DNA of 64,000 bases from NCBI RefSeq assembly GCF_963921235.1, contig NC_086097.1, positions 90,894,001 through 90,958,000 on the forward strand. The letters run 5' to 3'. The position numbers and the translations under genes were made by a program. Of the stretch, positions 60,312-64,000 are shown one piece after another. The notes under the pieces are model-generated. The model was not told where the DNA came from. It made no database searches and saw only the letters and a program-made list of their open reading frames with translations. Position 1 is the stretch's first letter. Each line of letters opens with the position of its first letter. The stretch comes from Mobula hypostoma. Taxonomy: Eukaryota.

Positions 60312-62860
60312 AAGGCCATAGTCAGTCTGTAAGGGCAGCAATGTCTCAGGTCCCATTACACTGAGTACTGGTGCTCCCAGGGGTGCGTGCTCAGTCCACT
60401 GCTGCCCACACTACTGTTGCATGACTGTGTTGCAGGATTCATCTCAAACCATGTCATCTCTAATGTTGAGACCTCGTTACCTTGCATACTTTCTTTACTC
60501 TCCCGTTTTAGCCAGTTTTCAGGATATAAATTGAAACTACATAAGGGTAAATTATTTCCTTTAAATAATTTGGTATCAATTAATACTAATCTCCCTTTTA
60601 AAATTGTAAGGAATCAATTTACTTATTTGGGTGTAACAGTCACTAGGAATTACAGACACCTGTTTAAAGAAAACTTACTTACTTTTATGTAAAAAATATA
60701 TCATTAAATTGGTCACCTCTTTCAATATCGTTGATTGGACGAATTAATTCTATTAAAATGAATATTCTACCTAAATTTATATATCTTTTTCAGGCTTTAC
60801 CCGTTTTTATTCCTAAATCCTTTTTTGACTCTCTTGAATCTACTTTATCCTCCTATATATGGAAAAATAAGCATCCACATTTAAATAATGTTCATCTTCA
60901 AAAACCTAAAAAGTCTGGAGGTTTAGCCTTACCTAATTTTAGGTTTTATTACTGGGCAGTTAATATACGATATCTTACGTTTTGGATATATTATATTAAT
61001 CGTGTAGACTGTCTGGTATGGGATTCTTTAGATGCTAACTCTGTTAATAAATTTTCTATCATTTCTCTTCTTGGATCCTCACTTCCTTTATTTGTAAGTA
61101 AACTAACTGATAATTTAATAATTAAACATACTCTGAGGATCTGAATACAATTTTGAAAACATATTGGTTTATTGAGATTTCCCCTTTCTAGTCCCATTTA
61201 TTCTAACTTTATTTTAAACCCTCATGACTGATTTAGTTTTTAAAGAATGGGACAGTTTGGGTATTAAATGTTTTTGGGATCTGTTTGTTGGAGGAAATCT
61301 TTTTTCATTTGAGCGATTGTCAGCTAAATATAGCTTACCCAAAACTCACTTTTTTAGATACCTACAAATCAGAGACTTTCTAAGATCTCAATTATGCACA
61401 TTTCCTATAAGAACTTACTAGATGTAATTTTTAATTTGACACCTTTTCATAATGGTTCAATATCTAATATTTATGGTATGTTACTGGAGACGAGGAATGT
61501 TCCTTTAGACAAAATTAAGAATCTCTGGGAACAAGATTTACAGACATCAATAGCTGAGGAAACTTGGAATGAAATTTTTGAACTGGTTAATACTTCATCG
61601 CTATGTGCTCGCCATTCCCTCGTACAATTTAAGGTGGTACATAGAGTCCATATGACTAAAGATAAGCTATCTAGTTTTTATTCGGATATATCTCCCTACT
61701 GTGACAGATGTAATAATGGAGAAGCTTCATTAATTCATGTTTTGGACTTGTCCATGTCTTAAAAAATATTGGAAGGAAGTTTTTCAAACTTCTTTACTTT
61801 TCAAAGTCAATTTTAACCCTAATCCTCTGACGACCCTATTCGGTACCGTTGCAGGACAAGATATCAAGCTGAAGACATTGATTTGCATATTTTGGCCTTT
61901 AGCTCTCTTATAGCTAGGAGGGTGCTTTTGCTTAAATGGAAAGATGTTTTTCCTCCTTCTCGTGCTCAATGGTTTTGCAACGTTATGTCATGCTTAGATT
62001 TAGAGAAGATTTGTTATTCAATTTCTGAATCTTGTCAAGACTTTCAAACATTGTGGGGACCCTTTCTGAAATATTTTCTAAATTTTAAAAACCCTCAATT
62101 CGTTGTTTAAATTTAGTTGTTGGCTATTATTAATTTTTATTATATGAGAAGGTATTTTACCTTTTTTTCTCCTTAATAAACAGCTTCAGTCTTGGTAGGG
62201 GTTAGACTCTTTTTGTAATAAATTAGTATATTTCAATATAACTATTGACTAACCTACATGAATGGGGGTAATGAGATTGTTATTATGAATAGATATAATG
62301 TAATTGGTAGTTTTTAAAAAAATCTTTTTTGACCTTTTATATATACTTCCTTGTACTTTGTATTCTTCTATGTAGAAACTAATAAAAATATTGATTAAAA
62401 ACCATATCATCAAGTTTGCAGCTGACACAACAGTATCATTATGTTTGCCTCATCAGCAAAGATAATGAGTCAGCCCATGGAGAGGAAGTGGAGTGGCTGG
62501 TAGACTGGTGTGAGTCTGAACATGGACAAGACCAAGGAAATGATTGTGGACTTCAGGAAGGTCCAGATGAACCATCCCCCTCTGCGTATACATGGCTCCT
62601 CCGTAGAGAGAGTTAAGTGCACCAAGTTCCTGGGAGTTCACATCTCAGATGACCTCAGCTGGTCCCTCAATATCACCTCCCTGAATAAAAAGGCACAGCA
62701 GTTCCTCCACTTCCTGAGGAGATTGAGGCAAGCGAGTCTTCCACCCTCCCCATCTTAACTACATTTTACAGGGGCACCACTGAGGACTTCCTGACATCTG
62801 GTATGGGAGCAGCTGAGCATTGGACCAGAAGTCCCTATAAGGAAATGTTAGAAAGGCAGT
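60312..62860 (+). mobile_element. Rex1/Babar RT fragment split by an L1 insertion
   Basis: STGAPQGCVLSPLL (60364-60410) rejoins IIKFAADT (62405 onward) and KTKEMIVDFRK...KFLGVHI (ORF 62510-62758). Confidence 0.85.
60459..62398 (+). mobile_element. 5'-truncated L1-clade LINE (RT C-terminal half, zinc finger, 3' UTR)
   Basis: FSGYKL, YLGV, GRINSIKM, GGLALPNFRFYYWA and CDRC motifs. 13-bp TSD AAACCATGTCATC (60446-60458) / AAACCATATCATC (62399-62411). AATAAA at 62381. Confidence 0.92.
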
Positions 62861-63034
62861 TGGACTGTTGGCCAGTTGACTGGAGACTCCAGAACTAGTG
62901 TTCATAATATGCTGCCAAATCACTCTGAGGTATGCCTACTCTGAAGAAGTTTAAACCTTTTCTTCAATGGGAGTTCTCTCACTGCTTCCCCTCTGATCTC
63001 TGCTTCTCTCCAACTCTTCCCCACTATGTACTCA

Positions 63035-64000
63035 CATATAACCATTTAACAATTACAGCACGGAAACAGGCCATCTCGGCCCTTCTAGTCCATGCTGAAC
63101 TCTTACTCCCACCGACCTGCATTCAGCCCATAACCCTCCATTCCTTTCCTGTCCATTTATCTATCCAATTTAACTTTAAACAACAACATCGAACCTGCCT
63201 CAACCACTTCTGCTGGAAGCTCGTTCCACACAGCTACCACTCTCTGAGTAAAGAAGTTCCCCCTCATGTTACCCCTAAACTTTTGTCCTTTAACTCTCAA
63301 CTCATGTCCTCTTGTTTGAATCTTCCCCACTCTCAATGGAAAAAGTCTATCCACGTCAACTCTATCAACCCCCTTCATTATTTTAAAGACCTCTGTCAAG
63401 TCCCCCCTCAACCTTCTGTGCTCCAAAGAATAAAGACCTAACTTGTTCAACCTTTCTCTGTAACTTAGGAGATGAAGCCCAGGCAATGTTTTTGTCAACC
63501 TCCTCTGTACTCTCTCAATTTTATTGACGTCTTTCCTATAATCCGGTGACCAGAACTGTACACAATACTCCAAATTTGGCCTTACCAATGCCCTATACAA
63601 TTTCAACATTACATCCCAACTCCTATACTCAATGCTCTGATTAATAAAGGCCAGCATACCAAAAGCTTTCTTCACCAACCTATCCACATGAGATTCCACC
63701 TTCAGGGAACTATGCACCATTATTCCTAGATCCCTCTGTTCTACAGCATTCTTCAATGCCCTACCATTTACCATGTATGTCCTATTTTGATTAGTCCTAC
63801 CAAAATGTAGCACCGCACATTTTTCTGCATTAAACTCCATCTGCCATCTTTCAGCCCACTCTTCTAACTGTCCTAAATCTCTCTGCAAGCTTTGAAAACC
63901 TTCCTCATCATCCACAACGCCACCTATCTTAGTTTCATCTGCATACTTACTAATCCAATTTACCACCCCACCATCCAGATCATTAATATATATGACAAAC
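63035..64000 (-). mobile_element. Young CR1 LINE 3' part running off the window edge
   Basis: Uninterrupted 269-aa ORF 63157-63966 ([32 protein letters not shown]). Same subfamily as 11535-12100. Confidence 0.95.

Noticed and set aside
63157..63966. Active autonomous CR1
   Set aside because: Only the 3' part is in the window, the RT motif reads YADE, and the frame stops slightly before the C-terminus seen in the sister copy at 11614. Activity cannot be claimed.

Overview
Non-genic (intergenic or intronic) vertebrate DNA dominated by transposable elements. The repeat complement suggests a cartilaginous fish, probably a ray (inference). It comprises CR1 LINEs with an SGNH-esterase ORF1, HE1-like tRNA/V-SINEs, Rex1/Babar, Neptune-type Penelope elements, AT-rich L1, RTE, Gypsy LTR elements and solo LTRs, plus hAT, Chapaev3-like and mariner-like DNA transposons. 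I recognise no host protein-coding gene: the long ORFs with recognisable motifs are mobile-element fragments, and the rest look like shadows or chance ORFs. Many insertions are nested with readable target-site duplications (TSDs). The most interesting signal is a minimal type-I hammerhead ribozyme in the Penelope terminal repeat, with a core-intact copy at 30408-30445 and decayed copies across the window, some arranged as head-to-head palindromes. This ribozyme class is already known from Penelope-like elements, so only this family or host could be new. Other notable items are a complete hAT element with TIRs and TSD, a Chapaev3-like element, an internal L1 piece between 42-bp direct repeats, a perfect 43-bp hairpin, an RTE-derived SINE and a few candidate host exons. 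Family names come from motif recognition, not database searches. Boundaries of old elements are approximate.
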